Origin: Camelus ferus
Taxonomy: Eukaryota
DNA length: 64,000 nt
Direction: 5' to 3'
Assembly: GCF_009834535.1 (NCBI RefSeq)
Contig: NC_045696.1
Coordinates: 60,018,001-60,082,000 of the forward strand
A program made the position numbers and the translations under genes. The notes beneath the pieces were generated by a model that was not told where the DNA came from, ran no database searches, and saw nothing but the letters and a program-made list of their open reading frames with translations. The number at the start of each line of letters is the position of its first letter. The first letter of the stretch is position 1. Shown one piece after another: positions 61,909 through 64,000 of this stretch.

Positions 61909-64000
61909 GAGCATGGGAGAAGCAAGATGGCGGAGTAGAAGGACACTTGTAGCTCACCCTTTCCCACAAATACACCAAAACGCACATCTATGGACCCACT
62001 CAGACAACCAGAGCCAACCAACCTGCTGAACTCTGACAGAACATTGCCCTCTTTGAAAGACAAAGATGCCAAAAATCTGGTAGGAGAAAAGGAAAAAAGA
62101 AAGAAGAAAAAGCAAAGCAGTGCAGGACTGGTCCTGCGGGGAGGGAGTGGCAAAGGAGGACTAGCGCTTGTTCTCTGGGTCTCCCCCTCTCAAAGGAGAG
62201 GCCAGCAGGATAGAGGGGGAGCCTCTGAGGCTCAGATCTGCCCGGAGCACCCCTTGACCGACAGAACTAAGTTAAAGGGGCACAAAGGGTCCCAGTGACA
62301 TCCAGCCCGAGACGCAAGCCAGCAGCTGGGGCCAGGCCAGGCTGCCTGAGCTGGGCGGAGGACTGGGGCGGCTGCACTAGGTAGCCCCAGGGGACTGCAG
62401 GGGGCTGCGCACCCTGGCTGGGAGGGGATATGGAGCAGAACAACCTCGGTCTCCCATAAACTGCGAAAAAAGCAAAGCAACACAGCTGGTGTGCCCTGGG
62501 GGCAGGGGTGCATAGCCTTTGTCTCCTCAGACCCACAGCGCCATTATTGGAGTTTCTCACAAGAAGAGAGGCAGGGTGCAGCCACAGCCACCACATCCTC
62601 CTGTGCGCAGTGCCCGGGCAGGGGCAGGGCCGAGACCTGAATCCGCACCCTGGGGGGCTCTGCAACCTCCTAGGCAGGACTGAGACTTGTTTACAGCCCA
62701 TGGCAGATAGGCTCTTTCTGCCCTGGCACCTCAGAGAACTCGCGGCACCAAGACAAACAAGAAGCTGAGATTTGGCATGGAGCAGGGGCAGGGTGGTTCC
62801 ATGGTCTTCCCTGAGCCCACCTTCAGAGTGCTGACCCAAGGTGGAGTGGGCAGCTGCTCAGAGCAGTGGAGCAATTGAAGCTGGGAGAGGGCAGGTGGCC
62901 ACCTGCCTTCCTGGCAGTAATGCAGAACCTGACCATGGTGCTGGGAGGGGGCACAATCCACCCACCTGCCTCACCTGAGTTCAGCATCTGACTGCAACAT
63001 CGGGATGGGGAGTGACCTGCCTGCCCACCCACTGGTGCCAGAGAGATATGAGCAATATGAAGAAGGAGAGGAACCAGTCCCAATTAAAAGATCAAGAGAA
63101 ATCCCCTGAAAGCACGATCAAGGAAATAGATATCGATGGCCTACTAGATCAAGATTTCAAAAAAGGACTGATCAAAGTACTGAAGGAACTAAAAGAAATA
63201 GTGTTTAGATATAAAATATGTCAAAAATGAAATAGAAGCTATAAAGAAGAACCAAGTAGAATTAGTAAACTCATTTGCTGAGATGAGAGCTGACCTAAAG
63301 GCTGTACAAAGCAGGCTAGATAATGCAGAGGAAGGAATAAGTGACCTAGAAGACAGGACAACAGAAAGCACCCAATCAGAACAGCTGAGAGAAAAACAAA
63401 TAAAAAACAATGAAAACAATATAAAGAACCTATGGGATAATATAAAGCATGCTAATCTACACATAATAGGGGTTCCAGAAGGGGAAGAAAGAACAAAGGG
63501 GATTGAAAAGGTATTTGAAGAAATCATGACTGAAAACTTCCCAAACCTAAAGAAGGAATCAGATATCCAAGTACAGGAGGCTCAGAGGGTCCCAAACAGG
63601 AAGAACCCAAACAGACCCACACCAAGACATATCATCATCAAGATGGCCAGAGTCAAGGATAAAGAAATGATCCTCAAGGCAGCAAGAGAAAAACAAAGAG
63701 TGAGTTACAGGGGAACCCCCATAAGGCTCTCAGCTGATTTCTCTACACAAACACTATAGGCCAGAAGGGAGTGGCAAGATATATTCAAAGTTCTGCATGA
63801 AAAAAAGATGCAGCCTAGGATGCTCAATCCAGCAAGGCTATCCTTTAGAACAGAAGGAGAGATAAAGAACTTCACAGACAAGCAAAAACTAAAAGAGTTT
63901 AGCAACACTAAACCTAAAAGAAATATTGACAGGTCTACTCTAAATAGGAAAGAAGCAGGATGCTACAAAAATGAGAAACTCATAACTAGAAAGGTGATAA
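61909..64000 (+). mobile_element. 5' part of a second L1 (5'UTR plus disrupted ORF1), running off the window
   Basis: caagatggcggagtag 5' terminus; ORF1 from about 63048 with a frameshift near 63220 and a stop at 63757-63759 (PTPRHIIIKM, GTPIRLSADFS). Confidence 0.92.

Overview
Mammalian genomic DNA, probably a camelid (inferred only from tRNA-derived SINEs resembling the camelid Vic-1 family), covering the ITGB5-MUC13 locus with both genes on the minus strand. The left end holds the ITGB5 CpG-island promoter, a strong-context uORF and coding exon 1 (1150-1219). A complete 12-exon MUC13 gene (about 14.06-59.4 kb) could be rebuilt by hand with phase-consistent GT-AG junctions: signal peptide, PTS, EGF, SEA, EGF, EGF, TM, cytoplasmic tail. 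Its architecture is very unusual. (1) Exon 2 is about 13.3 kb and encodes about 4,400 aa of Pro/Thr/Ser/Ala repeats built from 63-bp and 45-bp units in higher-order blocks, giving a protein of about 4,855 aa versus about 512 aa in human. (2) This exon carries one +1 frameshift at about 38760 that looks like a merge of two repeat variants, probably an assembly artefact. (3) The cytoplasmic tail contains an 87-bp (29-aa) module three times, creating YANL/YGNL tyrosine motifs, and ends in a PPxY motif. The rest is intron and intergenic DNA with two L1 elements, nested and inverted L1 pieces, a solo LTR, SINEs, DNA-transposon relics and simple repeats. Transposon family names come from pattern recognition, not database searches.
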